From Dehalococcoidia bacterium (GTDB lineage Bacteria; Chloroflexota; Dehalococcoidia; Bin125): DNA of 64,000 nucleotides. The notes under the pieces are model-generated. The model was not told where the DNA came from and did not search any database. It was given only the letters and a program-made list of their open reading frames with translations. Each line of letters opens with the position of its first letter. The first letter of the stretch is position 1. The stretch lies in NCBI GenBank assembly GCA_963555985.3, contig OY820591.1, positions 1,152,001 through 1,216,000 of the forward strand, written 5' to 3'. Position numbers and translations under genes: made by a program. Positions 18,375 to 28,012 of the stretch are shown piece by piece.

Positions 18375-20105
18375 ATGTTGCAGCACGATGTCCTGATCGT
18401 CGGCTCCGGTCTCGCGGGAATGCGAGCCGCGCTAGAGGTGTCGAGCGACCCCAGTCTTGACGTCGCCATCCTCTCCAAGGTCCACCCGCTGCGTTCGCAT
18501 TCGGGCGCCGCGCAAGGCGGCATCGCGGCCTCACTGGGCAACTCAGCTGAGGACTCGTGGGACCTGCACATGTTCGACACTGTGAAGGGCGGCGACTTCC
18601 TCGTCGATCAGAACGCGGCTGAGCTGCTCGCCCGCGAGGGGCCGGAGAACATCTTCGAGCTTGAGCACATGGGCTGTGCCTTCTCCCGCGACGATCAGGG
18701 TCGCGTCGCCCAGCGGCGCTTCGGCGGGCACACCGCGCCGCGCGCCTGCTACGCCGCTGACCGCACTGGCCACGCCGTCTTGACCGTGCTCTTCGAGCAG
18801 CTCTTGCGGCGCGGCGTTAAGGTCTACAGCGAGTGGTACGCGCTTGACCTCATCGTCCGCGATCGGGTCTGTCAGGGCATCGTCGCCTACGACATTCTCA
18901 GCGGACAGATTGAGGCGATCGCCGCCAAGGCCGTCATGTTTGGTACGGGCGGCTACGGGCGCGCCTTCCGCGTCACCACCAACGCCTTCGCCTCCACTGG
19001 CGATGGCGTGGTCATGGCCTACCGCGCAGGCATCCCGCTCGAAGACATGGAGTTCGTCCAGTTCCACCCGACCGGATTGCAAGGGTCGGGAATTCTGCTC
19101 TCCGAGGCGGCTCGCGGCGAGGGCGCCCACATCGTCAACTCCGACGGCTTCCGCTTCATGGAGAACTACGCGCCCGGCCGCATGGAGCTCGCCCCGCGCG
19201 ACATCGTGGCTCGGGCAGAGCAGTCGGAGATCGAGGCCGGACGCGGTGTGACGGAGCTTCGGGATTCGGTCTTCATGGATCTGCGCCCGATCGGCGAAGA
19301 GCGGATTCGCTACGCGCTTCCCTCCGTCCTCCATCTCGCCCGCGACTTCGCCGGCATTGACCCGCTCGAAGCGCCGGTACCGATCCAGCCAACCGCCCAC
19401 TACTCGATGGGCGGCATCCCCTGCGACATCCACGGCCAGGTGCGCATCAAAGACGAATCCGGCGCGCCCGAGATCACCGGCTTTTTCGCCGCCGGTGAAG
19501 CCTCCTGCGTCTCCGTGCACGGAGCCAACCGCTTGGGCACGAACTCGCTCCTCGAAGCGGTGGTCTTTGGTCGTCGCGCCGGACGCGGCATCCTCAATGT
19601 CGTGCACGACCTCGAACCGACGTCGATCAGCGAAGGCGACATGCAGCAGGCGATCGGCGAGGTTGACGGACTACTCACCGCCGAGGGCAGCGAGAAGGTT
19701 GGACAGATCCGGGCTGAACTGCGCGACACGATGATGGACAAGTGCGGTGTCTTCCGCGACGAAGCCGAACTGATCGAGTGCCTGGGCGAGGTCAAGGACT
19801 ACCAAGATCGCTATCGGAACGCCGCGATCGACGACAAAGGCTCGACCTTTAACACCGATCTGCTCGACGCGATCGAGCTGGGGCACATGCTCGAGTACTC
19901 GGAAGTGATCATCGCCGGCGCGCTCGCTCGCCAGGAATCGCGCGGCGGACACGCACGCCGCGACTTCCCCAACCGCGACGACGAGAACTGGTTCCGGCAC
20001 ACGCTCGCCTACCGCGAGGAGGACGCGCCGCGGCTTGAGTACTGCGAGGTCAACATGGAGCCGCAATTCCGCGAACCGTTCCCGCTCCAGGAGCGAACCT
20101 ACTAG
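18375..20105 (+). CDS. sdhA: Succinate dehydrogenase/fumarate reductase flavoprotein
   Basis: [16 protein letters not shown] (covalent-FAD His), [28 protein letters not shown]. Confidence 0.96.
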   Translation: MLQHDVLIVGSGLAGMRAALEVSSDPSLDVAILSKVHPLRSHSGAAQGGIAASLGNSAEDSWDLHMFDTVKGGDFLVDQNAAELLAREGPENIFELEHMGCAFSRDDQGRVAQRRFGGHTAPRACYAADRTGHAVLTVLFEQLLRRGVKVYSEWYALDLIVRDRVCQGIVAYDILSGQIEAIAAKAVMFGTGGYGRAFRVTTNAFASTGDGVVMAYRAGIPLEDMEFVQFHPTGLQGSGILLSEAARGEGAHIVNSDGFRFMENYAPGRMELAPRDIVARAEQSEIEAGRGVTELRDSVFMDLRPIGEERIRYALPSVLHLARDFAGIDPLEAPVPIQPTAHYSMGGIPCDIHGQVRIKDESGAPEITGFFAAGEASCVSVHGANRLGTNSLLEAVVFGRRAGRGILNVVHDLEPTSISEGDMQQAIGEVDGLLTAEGSEKVGQIRAELRDTMMDKCGVFRDEAELIECLGEVKDYQDRYRNAAIDDKGSTFNTDLLDAIELGHMLEYSEVIIAGALARQESRGGHARRDFPNRDDENWFRHTLAYREEDAPRLEYCEVNMEPQFREPFPLQERTY

Positions 20106-20110
20106 GCCGC

Positions 20111-20170
20111 AGCCGAACAGAATCGAACAGATCCGAACGCAGGCGAACAGCAACGAACGGGCGCGAACAT
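20111..20170 (+). repeat. Six CGAAC motifs at exact 10-bp spacing
   Basis: AGCCGAACAG AATCGAACAG ATCCGAACGC AGGCGAACAG CAACGAACGG GCGCGAACAT. Confidence 0.9.
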
Positions 20171-21224
20171 GGCTGAGCAGGAATTCATCATCCAGCGCTA
20201 CGACCCCGACACCGACGAGTCCTACGAGGAGTCGTTCAACGTTGAGGTACAGCCCGGACAGACGGTGCTGGATAGCCTCAACGCGATCAAGTGGGAGCAG
20301 GACGGCACACTCTCCTTCCGCATGTCCTGCCGCCACGCGATCTGCGGCTCCTGCGCCATGAAGATCAACGGTCAATCGATGCTCTCCTGCCAAACACAGG
20401 TCGATACAGCCGCAGAGCGCGGTGATCCGATCCGCGTCGGCCCGCAAGGGAACCAGAACGTGATCAAGGACTTGGTCGTCGACGTGTCCAAGTTTCTGCA
20501 CCAATTCGAACGTGCGCAGACCTGGCTGGAACCGTACGAAGATCAGGAACCGCCCCAGAAGGAATACCGCCAAAACGTGGAAGAGTTCGACCACTGGTCG
20601 CACGCCTCCACCTGCATCCACTGCGGTGCCTGCTACTCCGACTGCACCGTCGCCGCCGTGGACGAGAACTTCCTCGGCCCGGCTGCGCTCGCCAAGGCCT
20701 ATCGCTTCGTGATGGACAGCCGCGACTCCAAGCGCGAGGAACGTCTCCAATACCTCACCGAAACCGAAGGCGGCATCTGGGACTGCACCCGCTGCTACAT
20801 GTGCGTGCAGGCCTGCCCCAAGGACGTGCTGCCGATGGACGCGATCATGGAGCTGCGAACGCTCGCGATCGAGGCCGGCCACACCAACAATCACGGCACA
20901 CGCCATCACCAAGGATTCACGAGCGGCGTGCGTAAGCGTGGGCGTCTGGATGAGATGTCTTTGCCCGTCCAGTCGGTCGGCCTCGCCCGGCTGCTGACCC
21001 TGAATCCCGCCGCCCACAAGGAGATGATGGACTACACGCCCGGAGCGATCCGGCTGCTGAAGTCGCGCAAACTCCTCACGATCGCCCAGCGGCACGGCGC
21101 AAACGCCGAAGGCCGCGAACAGATCGAGCGCATCTTTGAAGAGGTCGAAACCGAAAAGCACCACCACGATGTCGACGCTGACGCCTTCGGCGCGGAGTTC
21201 GAGACCGCGCTCGGCAGCGGCTAG
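20169..21224 (+). CDS. sdhB: Succinate dehydrogenase iron-sulfur subunit (extra Cys, C-terminal extension)
   Basis: SCRHAICGSC, CIHCGACYSDC, CTRCYMCVQACP. Confidence 0.93.
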   Translation: MAEQEFIIQRYDPDTDESYEESFNVEVQPGQTVLDSLNAIKWEQDGTLSFRMSCRHAICGSCAMKINGQSMLSCQTQVDTAAERGDPIRVGPQGNQNVIKDLVVDVSKFLHQFERAQTWLEPYEDQEPPQKEYRQNVEEFDHWSHASTCIHCGACYSDCTVAAVDENFLGPAALAKAYRFVMDSRDSKREERLQYLTETEGGIWDCTRCYMCVQACPKDVLPMDAIMELRTLAIEAGHTNNHGTRHHQGFTSGVRKRGRLDEMSLPVQSVGLARLLTLNPAAHKEMMDYTPGAIRLLKSRKLLTIAQRHGANAEGREQIERIFEEVETEKHHHDVDADAFGAEFETALGSG

Positions 21225-21263
21225 CTCGAGCCATCCAGAGAGACGCATCTGAGGGAGCGGTCG

Positions 21264-22139
21264 ATGAAGTACGCATTCTGGCCTGGCTGTGTCGCGCGAG
21301 GGGCAGCGCCCGAGCTCTACACCTCTACGCTCGCGGTAGCGGAACATCTCGGCATGGACCTGGTCGAACTTGAGGCGGCGGCCTGCACCGGCGCGGGCAT
21401 CATCTCCGACGGCGAACCCTACCTCCAAGACGTGCTCAACGCGCGCACGATGGCGATGTCCGAGCAGATGGACTTGCCGCTGATGGATATCTGCTCCACC
21501 TGTGTCGGCGTCCACCGGCTCGCGGCGGAGAAACTTCGCAACGTCGATTACCGCATCCGCATCAACCACCACCTCAAGCCGGAGGGGCTTGAGTTTCGGG
21601 GTTCGGCCGACCCGCGCCACCTGCTTTGGATCCTGCTGGAGGATGTGGGGATCGACCGAATCAACTCGCTGATCAGACGACCGCTCGAAGAGCTCAACCT
21701 CGGCCCGTTCTACGGCTGTTACCTCGTCCGGCCTGAGCGCACGCTCGACTTCGACGCGCACCCGACTCGCCGCGACAGCCTCGAGCAACTGATTGACCTG
21801 CTCGGCGCGACCACTGTCACCTACGACGGCATGACCAAGTGCTGCGGCTTCCCCATCCTGACCATGAACAAGAAGAACTCGCTGACGATGGCGGGAACGC
21901 ACCTGAACGAGGCCCAGTCGCTGGGCGCCGATGCGCTCGTCACGCCTTGCCCGCTCTGCCACCTCAACCTCGACGCGCAGCAGCCTGACGCAGCCAAAGT
22001 GATCGACCGGCGGCTCAACCTGCCCATCCTGCATGTCCCGCAGCTACTCGGTCTGGCGATGGGAATTGAGCCGGAGAAGCTGGGCCTCACGCGGCACGTG
22101 GTGGACACCCGCAACCTGCTCAACAAGATCGGGGTTTAG
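21264..22139 (+). CDS. HdrB-like CCG-domain subunit (type E SQR-associated)
   Basis: YAFWPGC, CTG, CSTC, FYGCY, KCCG, TPCPLCHLNLD. Confidence 0.88.
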   Translation: MKYAFWPGCVARGAAPELYTSTLAVAEHLGMDLVELEAAACTGAGIISDGEPYLQDVLNARTMAMSEQMDLPLMDICSTCVGVHRLAAEKLRNVDYRIRINHHLKPEGLEFRGSADPRHLLWILLEDVGIDRINSLIRRPLEELNLGPFYGCYLVRPERTLDFDAHPTRRDSLEQLIDLLGATTVTYDGMTKCCGFPILTMNKKNSLTMAGTHLNEAQSLGADALVTPCPLCHLNLDAQQPDAAKVIDRRLNLPILHVPQLLGLAMGIEPEKLGLTRHVVDTRNLLNKIGV

Positions 22140-22155
22140 GCAGCCTCGAACGCAA

Positions 22156-22191
22156 CCGCGCCTCCGCCGTACAGGACCGGCGGAGGCGCGG
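22156..22191. terminator. 14-bp perfect stem hairpin between convergent operons
   Basis: CCGCGCCTCCGCCG-TACAGGAC-CGGCGGAGGCGCGG; no U tract. Confidence 0.55.
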
Positions 22192-22337
22192 AGCAGACAG
22201 TAGGAGGGCGGCCAAACGGGGGTTTCAGCCGGCGGGGGCGACCGTCGGCAGGCGGGCGGGGTGACAGTTAGACCGTCCGGCCGTCACGGGCCCTCCAGCC
22301 AGTACAACGACGGCGGGCCGCAATAGGTTCCCAGCCG

Positions 22338-23294
22338 CTACGCCCCAGCCCCTGTCCCCCGCAGGCGCGGGTCGAGGATGTCGCGCAGGGCGTCGCCGAA
22401 GACGTTGAAGGCGAAGACGACCAGCGTGATCGCAAAGCCGGGCGCGAGCGTCAGCCACGGCCAGCGGGGAATGTTCCCGCGCTGGGTCGCTTCGAGCAAG
22501 ACGAACCCCCAGGTTGGATTCTCTGCCGAGTTCGCGCCCAGGGCGAGGAATGAGAGTGCAGCCTCGGCGAGGATGGTACCGCCGATCGTGACCGTCGCCA
22601 GCACCATGATCGGGGCGACGATGTTGGGCACGATGTGGCGCAGCACGATCCGGGGGGAGGACGCCCCGATCGCTTTGGCCGCCTCGACGTAGGTGTATTC
22701 CTTGATCGAGAGCACCGTGCCCCGAATCACACGCTGTGTCCCGGGTATCAGGAAGATCACAATCACAAAGACGACGGTGCCGATCCCGGGTGACATCATC
22801 GTGACCAGCACCATCATCAAGACCAGCGGAGGTAAGGCCTGCATCGAGTCGGAGACGCGCTGGGTGAAGAGATCGCCCACGCCGCCGATATAGGCCGAGA
22901 TGGTGCCGATCAGGGTCCCGATCGCGATCCCGATCCCGGTGGCGGCGATCCCGATGATCATTGCCGTGCGGGCGCCGAAGATGACGCGGCTGAAGAGGTC
23001 GCGCCCGATCGCATCGGTGCCGGCGATATGGTCGGGCCACGAGGGCGCGGCCAGTTTGTTCAGCACGTCGGCCTGCTCGGCCGGGTAGGGTGCAAAGCCG
23101 GGCACGATCGTGTTGCCGTAGGCCGAGATGTCCTGGCCGAACAGGGCGGTCACGATCAGGATGAAGATGATCCCCGCCCCCAGCGCCCCCAGCGGGCGCT
23201 GGCGAGCCATCCGGCCCAGGCGGCGCATCCGGCTTGGTCCAGCCACCGGCAGAGCGGCGGCGATCTCGTCAGCGGTGCCGGCGGCGGTGGCCAT
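22338..23294 (-). CDS. Opp/Dpp ABC permease (OppC-like)
   Basis: GTDAIGRD, YVEAAKAIGAS..RHIVPN, GDALRDILDP. Confidence 0.93.
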   Translation of the reverse strand: MATAAGTADEIAAALPVAGPSRMRRLGRMARQRPLGALGAGIIFILIVTALFGQDISAYGNTIVPGFAPYPAEQADVLNKLAAPSWPDHIAGTDAIGRDLFSRVIFGARTAMIIGIAATGIGIAIGTLIGTISAYIGGVGDLFTQRVSDSMQALPPLVLMMVLVTMMSPGIGTVVFVIVIFLIPGTQRVIRGTVLSIKEYTYVEAAKAIGASSPRIVLRHIVPNIVAPIMVLATVTIGGTILAEAALSFLALGANSAENPTWGFVLLEATQRGNIPRWPWLTLAPGFAITLVVFAFNVFGDALRDILDPRLRGTGAGA

Positions 23295-23302
23295 ACTCGC
23301 TC

Positions 23303-24265
23303 CTAGCTGTAGCGAATGCGCGGGTCAATCGCCGCGTAGCTGAGGTCAACGATGAGGTTGATCAGGACGACGCCAAAGCCGATCACAACGACGATCCCGA
23401 CCACTTGCGAGAAGTCGGCCCGCCGAATCGACGTCACCAGCATGGCTCCGATCCCGTTGATCCGGAAGATGTACTCGACGATCACCGCGCCCGAGATCAG
23501 GAAGGCGAACTGATTGCCGAAGATCGTGAGCACCGGAATGAACGAGTTGCGCAAGGCGTGGTGCATCACCACCGCTCGTTCAGACAGACCCTTGGCGCGC
23601 GCGGTGCGCACATAATCCTCGTGTACGACCTCGAGCAACTGCGAGCGCTGCATCCGCATCAGAGTCGCCATCAGCGACGCGCCCAGCACCAGCGAAGGCG
23701 CGATGAACGCCTTCAGGTTGGTGACCGGATCGTCCCAGATGTACGGCGACGGCAACGTGGCTAACGAGAGGTTGAACCAGTCGGCCGCGAACGCCACCAC
23801 CAAGATCGCGAGTAGGAAGTTGGGGATCGCTAACCCCAGAATCGTGAAGATTCGCCCTCCGTAGTCCGCGGCGGAGTCCTGACGCACCGCCGAGATAATC
23901 CCGACCGGAATCGCGATGATGAACGCCAACAAGCTTGCAATGATCACCAGCTCGATGCTGCGAGGTAAGCGAATCTTGATTTCGTTGAGCACGCTTTCGG
24001 ACGTGGCGAAGGACCGTCCAAGGTCGCCCTGCAGCGCATTCCAGAGCCAGTCGCCGTAGCGCTCCAGCACCGGTTTGTCGAGTCCCAGCTCGCGGTTGAA
24101 ACGGTCGATCAGATCCTGCGTAATCGCGCCGCCCTGCGGACTCTCGGAGAGCAGCCGTTCGGCCGTGCTGCCGGGGAAGGCGTTCACGAGCATGAACGAG
24201 ATCAGCGAGAGGATAAAGACGACGATGATGACGCCGATCAGGCGACGGAAGATATAGCCGCTCAC
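23303..24265 (-). CDS. Opp/Dpp ABC permease (OppB-like)
   Basis: GLDKP, GDLGRS, DYVRTARAKGL..HALRNS, DPRIR; start assigned to GTG 24265. Confidence 0.93.
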   Translation of the reverse strand: MSGYIFRRLIGVIIVVFILSLISFMLVNAFPGSTAERLLSESPQGGAITQDLIDRFNRELGLDKPVLERYGDWLWNALQGDLGRSFATSESVLNEIKIRLPRSIELVIIASLLAFIIAIPVGIISAVRQDSAADYGGRIFTILGLAIPNFLLAILVVAFAADWFNLSLATLPSPYIWDDPVTNLKAFIAPSLVLGASLMATLMRMQRSQLLEVVHEDYVRTARAKGLSERAVVMHHALRNSFIPVLTIFGNQFAFLISGAVIVEYIFRINGIGAMLVTSIRRADFSQVVGIVVVIGFGVVLINLIVDLSYAAIDPRIRYS

Positions 24266-24352
24266 TGGTGTACGCCTCGGCTTCCCGCTCTCTTGCCGGA
24301 CACACGCGACGCCTGTCCGGACCACTCAGTGGTCGCCGTTCGCGGTTGTGGA

Positions 24353-26392
24353 TTAGGCATCCGCGCGCGGGAATTCGGGGAAGTTCTTCCAGATCCTCTC
24401 GGTGTTGGTCGCGCCCCAGCCGGGGTTCCAGGCGTTGTAGGTGTCCATCTCGTTGAACAGGTAGCCGCGCCGCGCCGCGATCCGGTAGGGGTTGACGGCG
24501 AAGATGCGCCACATGTTCTCGAGCTCGCGCACGCGGATCTTCTCGAGAATCTCCGAGCGCTTGTTGACGTCGAGCTCCTGGCGCTGTTCCAGGCACCACT
24601 GGTCGACATCCGGCTCCGAGATGCCGTAGAAGTTGCCCGGACTCTCGCTGTGCAGCTTGCCGTAAGAGAGTCCGTCGGCGTCCATCTCCGCGCCGATCAG
24701 CCAGGTGAACAGCGAGTCCTTGAAGTCGCGCGTGATCAGCCGCCCCAACCAAGTTTCGAGGTCGACCTGGAAGTGGTTGACCTGAATGCCGAGGTTCGTG
24801 TTCCACTGCTGGCGGCAGAGCTCGAACAGGTTCAGGTAGACGCCCGCGACGGCGTGGAAGGTCGCCTCGAACTCGAGCGGGTTGTCCTCGTTGTAGCCGG
24901 CGGCATCGAGCAGCTGTCGCCCCCTGGCGGCGTCGAAGTCGCCGAACTCGCCCAACTCGGCCGGAGTCCAGGGCCACTCGCGGAAGCCCCAGGGCGATTC
25001 GAGGTCTTCGAAGAAGGTCCAGTTCTGGCCGTAACCGGCGGCGGCGAGGCCGTCGTAGACGCCCAGCTTCTGCTCTTCGCGGTTCAGTCCGACCGCGAGC
25101 GCCTGGCGCACGCGGATGTCGTTGAAGGGCGGCTCGTCAAGGTTGTGGAAGGACAGGTAGGGCTGCCAGCCGGGAGGCGGCGCGCAGACCTGTACGGTCG
25201 AATCCGGTTGCGTCTCAAACACGCGCTCCAAGTCGGCCAGGTCCTGAACCGTGAGCCGGTCGATCACATCGCTTTCCCAGGCAGCCCACTCGGACTCGCG
25301 CTGGTTGACGAAGTCGGGGCCGTGCAGACCGTCCATGTAGGGCAGCTGGTTGCCGTTGCGCGGGTCCTTCTTGAAGTAGGTCGGGTTCTTCGACGCTTTC
25401 CACTCCGCGCCCTGTTCCACGAAATCGAGGACGAAGGGACCGGTGCCGACCGTGTTGCGCCAGTCGTCGAGCACGGTGTAGTCGGTTGTGATGAACTCCG
25501 GCGCCGCGATCACGTGGAACGGGTTCATCATGTTGTTGAGCAGGTAGGCTGCCGGCTCCAACAGGTTGAAGCGGACCGTGTTGGAGGCGTTGTCGAAGCC
25601 GATGTCCTTGACCGCCGTGTACGAAGACGCCTGCACCGGGACCGGGTCGACTTCGCCCTCATGCGCCAGGAATGAACCGTCGCGCAGCGCGTCATAGGCG
25701 ATCTTCACGTCCTCGGCGGTCAGCGCGCGCCCGTTCAGCGGCGGCTTGTCCTGCCACTTGACCCCGTCGTGAATGGTGAAGACCACGGTCAGCTCGTCGG
25801 GGATCTCCCATGCCTCGGCGACGTCGCCTTCCAGCTCGTAGTAGTGCGCGTTGGCCCAGTCGTCCATCGGGAAGACGACCAACTGCGAATAGAACATCGG
25901 TGCAAAGGCGGCCATGATGTTCGCCTGCGGCCCGACCACGTTCCAGTTGGCCACCGGCAGGTGAGCGAGCGTCCAGGTACCGCCGTAGCGTGGGCCGTCC
26001 GCCTGACCGGGGAGATTTTGCAGCTTGCTCCAGTGATAGCGGAGGCGATACTCCTCCTCCGGCGTCATCGTCATCGCCTCTTCTTGGGCAGTCAACTGAC
26101 CGGGAAGCAGCTTCACCGACTCCTCTTCGGCGGCTTCCTGCTGCGTCGCCGCCTGCTGCGCCGCCGCCTGCTGGGCTTGCTGCTGCGCCTGCTGCTGCGC
26201 GGCGGGCTGAGGCTGCGCCTGCTGCTGCGGTTGAGCCTGAGCTGCCGCCGGCTGGCCGTCGTCATCATCATCCCCACAGCCGACCAAGGCCAAACCGGTG
26301 GCGCCCACGCCAGCCCGAGCGGAGGCGCTCATCAGCGCCCGACGGCTCATTCGCTTCCGGCGCATTCGCGTCCAATAGTTCTGTTCTGACAT
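24353..26392 (-). CDS. Family 5 ABC substrate-binding Tat lipoprotein
   Basis: MSEQNYW..SRR..LALVGC signal, Q/A-rich linker, PRYGG, GTGPF, PFNDIRVRQAL. Confidence 0.9.
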   Translation of the reverse strand: MSEQNYWTRMRRKRMSRRALMSASARAGVGATGLALVGCGDDDDDGQPAAAQAQPQQQAQPQPAAQQQAQQQAQQAAAQQAATQQEAAEEESVKLLPGQLTAQEEAMTMTPEEEYRLRYHWSKLQNLPGQADGPRYGGTWTLAHLPVANWNVVGPQANIMAAFAPMFYSQLVVFPMDDWANAHYYELEGDVAEAWEIPDELTVVFTIHDGVKWQDKPPLNGRALTAEDVKIAYDALRDGSFLAHEGEVDPVPVQASSYTAVKDIGFDNASNTVRFNLLEPAAYLLNNMMNPFHVIAAPEFITTDYTVLDDWRNTVGTGPFVLDFVEQGAEWKASKNPTYFKKDPRNGNQLPYMDGLHGPDFVNQRESEWAAWESDVIDRLTVQDLADLERVFETQPDSTVQVCAPPPGWQPYLSFHNLDEPPFNDIRVRQALAVGLNREEQKLGVYDGLAAAGYGQNWTFFEDLESPWGFREWPWTPAELGEFGDFDAARGRQLLDAAGYNEDNPLEFEATFHAVAGVYLNLFELCRQQWNTNLGIQVNHFQVDLETWLGRLITRDFKDSLFTWLIGAEMDADGLSYGKLHSESPGNFYGISEPDVDQWCLEQRQELDVNKRSEILEKIRVRELENMWRIFAVNPYRIAARRGYLFNEMDTYNAWNPGWGATNTERIWKNFPEFPRADA

Positions 26393-26491
26393 CGCTCTCT
26401 CCTTCTCAACGCGACGTGTGCCGACACGTCCCGCGCGTAGGTGCGGGTAAGATAGCGTCTTGCCAGTCAAATTGCTACGAGGGGCGGAAAC

Positions 26492-27007
26492 ATGCCGGAA
26501 CGCGACCGTGCCGACACCGACCCGGAGGCGATTGAAGCGCGAGTCCGCGATTCCCTCGCCGACGCCGACATTCCTTACGAGACCATCGCCTGCCGCCCGG
26601 ATCAGGCGGACACGTCCGTCTTCTGCGAAGTCTTCGGGATCGCGCCGGAAGCCTCGGTCAATACGATCTTGGTCGCCTCCAAGAAAGCCCCCAAGACATA
26701 TGCCGCCTGTCTCGTGCTGGCCAACACGCGCCTTGACGTCAACCGCACCGTGCGCAAGGAGATGGGCGTGCGCAAGTGCTCATTCGCTTCGTTCGAGGAG
26801 ACTGAGGCCGTGACCGGCATGATCTCCGGCGGCGTGACCGCGTTCGCGCTGCCGCCCGAAATTCCGATTCTGATCGACGCGCGCATCCGCGGTTCCGAGA
26901 CCATGTGGCTGGGCGGCGGCAGCCGCTCATTGAAGGTCGGCGTGGCCGCCGACGATCTCGCACGCTTGCCCAATGCGCGCATCGTCGAGGGGCTGGCAAC
27001 TGGCTGA
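26492..27007 (+). CDS. YbaK/EbsC (aminoacyl-tRNA editing-like) family protein
   Basis: NTILV, TGMISGGVT.F.LP, GGGSRSLK. Confidence 0.82.
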   Translation: MPERDRADTDPEAIEARVRDSLADADIPYETIACRPDQADTSVFCEVFGIAPEASVNTILVASKKAPKTYAACLVLANTRLDVNRTVRKEMGVRKCSFASFEETEAVTGMISGGVTAFALPPEIPILIDARIRGSETMWLGGGSRSLKVGVAADDLARLPNARIVEGLATG

Positions 27008-27015
27008 CCGGCCAG

Positions 27016-28008
27016 TTAGCCGAGCTCCCGCTCCAGTCTGAGAATCTCCTCGAGCGGAGTCTCGCCGACTCCTTCTCCCGCAATCAGCGCGCGCTTGGCG
27101 GCGATCTGCAAGGCGCGGTTCGCCGGCGTGGGCACGCCGTGCTCTAAACCGAGCAGCGCGATCTCGCCGTTCAGCCAATCCGTCTCAATGCTGGGTACCC
27201 CGCGCCGGAACGACTGCCAGGTCGAACTGCCGCCCCGTTCGACCCCCTCAATCTCGCCAGACGTAAACGTCGCCTTGCGCCGCTCGCCAATCTCGGCGCG
27301 TGGCGCGTAATCAATCCCCGCCGCCTCATAACAGGCGATCGCCTCATCGCGCATCCGTCGCATAAAGGCGCGTACATCGTCGCTGCCTACCCGCAGCGCC
27401 CGCTCACCGCAGAGCGCTCCAACCGCATTACCCAGATTGTCGAGTAACTTGCCGTACTTCAACCGCATCACGTCCGGGTCGGGCTGCGCGTTGAAGCCCG
27501 CCGCTGAGAGATCGGCGCAGAGCTGCGTGACGGTCTGATCGACGCCCTGCGGAAAACGGCCGCTGTCAAGCAACCCCGGCTTGGGCGCGCCGAAGAGCGC
27601 AATCTCGCCCGCCACCAGGAAGGTCGCGGGCATCACCACCAGCATCCCGTAGACGTTCAGAAACCGCCGCGCCGCTGTGCGCTCGTTGCCGACCCCGTTC
27701 TGTCCACAGACGATCGGTATCTCCAAACCCGCCGTCCGCTCAAGATCGTCGAGCGCTGACGCCGTGTCCTGCCCCTTCATGGTCAGGATCACGACATCAC
27801 CGTCCCGAAAGTCGATCTCCGAAGGATGTCCGACGGCGCTCACGCCAATCCGCTGAGCCTCGTGCGGCGTGCGGATGAGCAGTCCGTTCTCTTGCATCGC
27901 CAGCAGATGCGCGCCCCGTGCGATCAGAACGACCTCGCAGCCGGCTAGTTGCAGCAGGCCGCCGATACCCGCGCCAATCCCGCCGGCCCCATAGACGATG
28001 TAACGCAC
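27016..28008 (-). CDS. Ketopantoate reductase (PanE/ApbA) family protein
   Basis: GAGGIG, ARGAHL, MKGQD, QNGV.NE, K.GKLL.N, STWQS, E.D.LNGEI, TPAN. Confidence 0.88.
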   Translation of the reverse strand: MRYIVYGAGGIGAGIGGLLQLAGCEVVLIARGAHLLAMQENGLLIRTPHEAQRIGVSAVGHPSEIDFRDGDVVILTMKGQDTASALDDLERTAGLEIPIVCGQNGVGNERTAARRFLNVYGMLVVMPATFLVAGEIALFGAPKPGLLDSGRFPQGVDQTVTQLCADLSAAGFNAQPDPDVMRLKYGKLLDNLGNAVGALCGERALRVGSDDVRAFMRRMRDEAIACYEAAGIDYAPRAEIGERRKATFTSGEIEGVERGGSSTWQSFRRGVPSIETDWLNGEIALLGLEHGVPTPANRALQIAAKRALIAGEGVGETPLEEILRLERELG

Positions 28009-28012
28009 GCGG

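Noticed and set aside
20111-20170. Phased arrays as mini-CRISPR or simple microsatellite
   Set aside because: Units are only 10 bp with 5-bp variable linkers; kept as a phased-motif finding instead.
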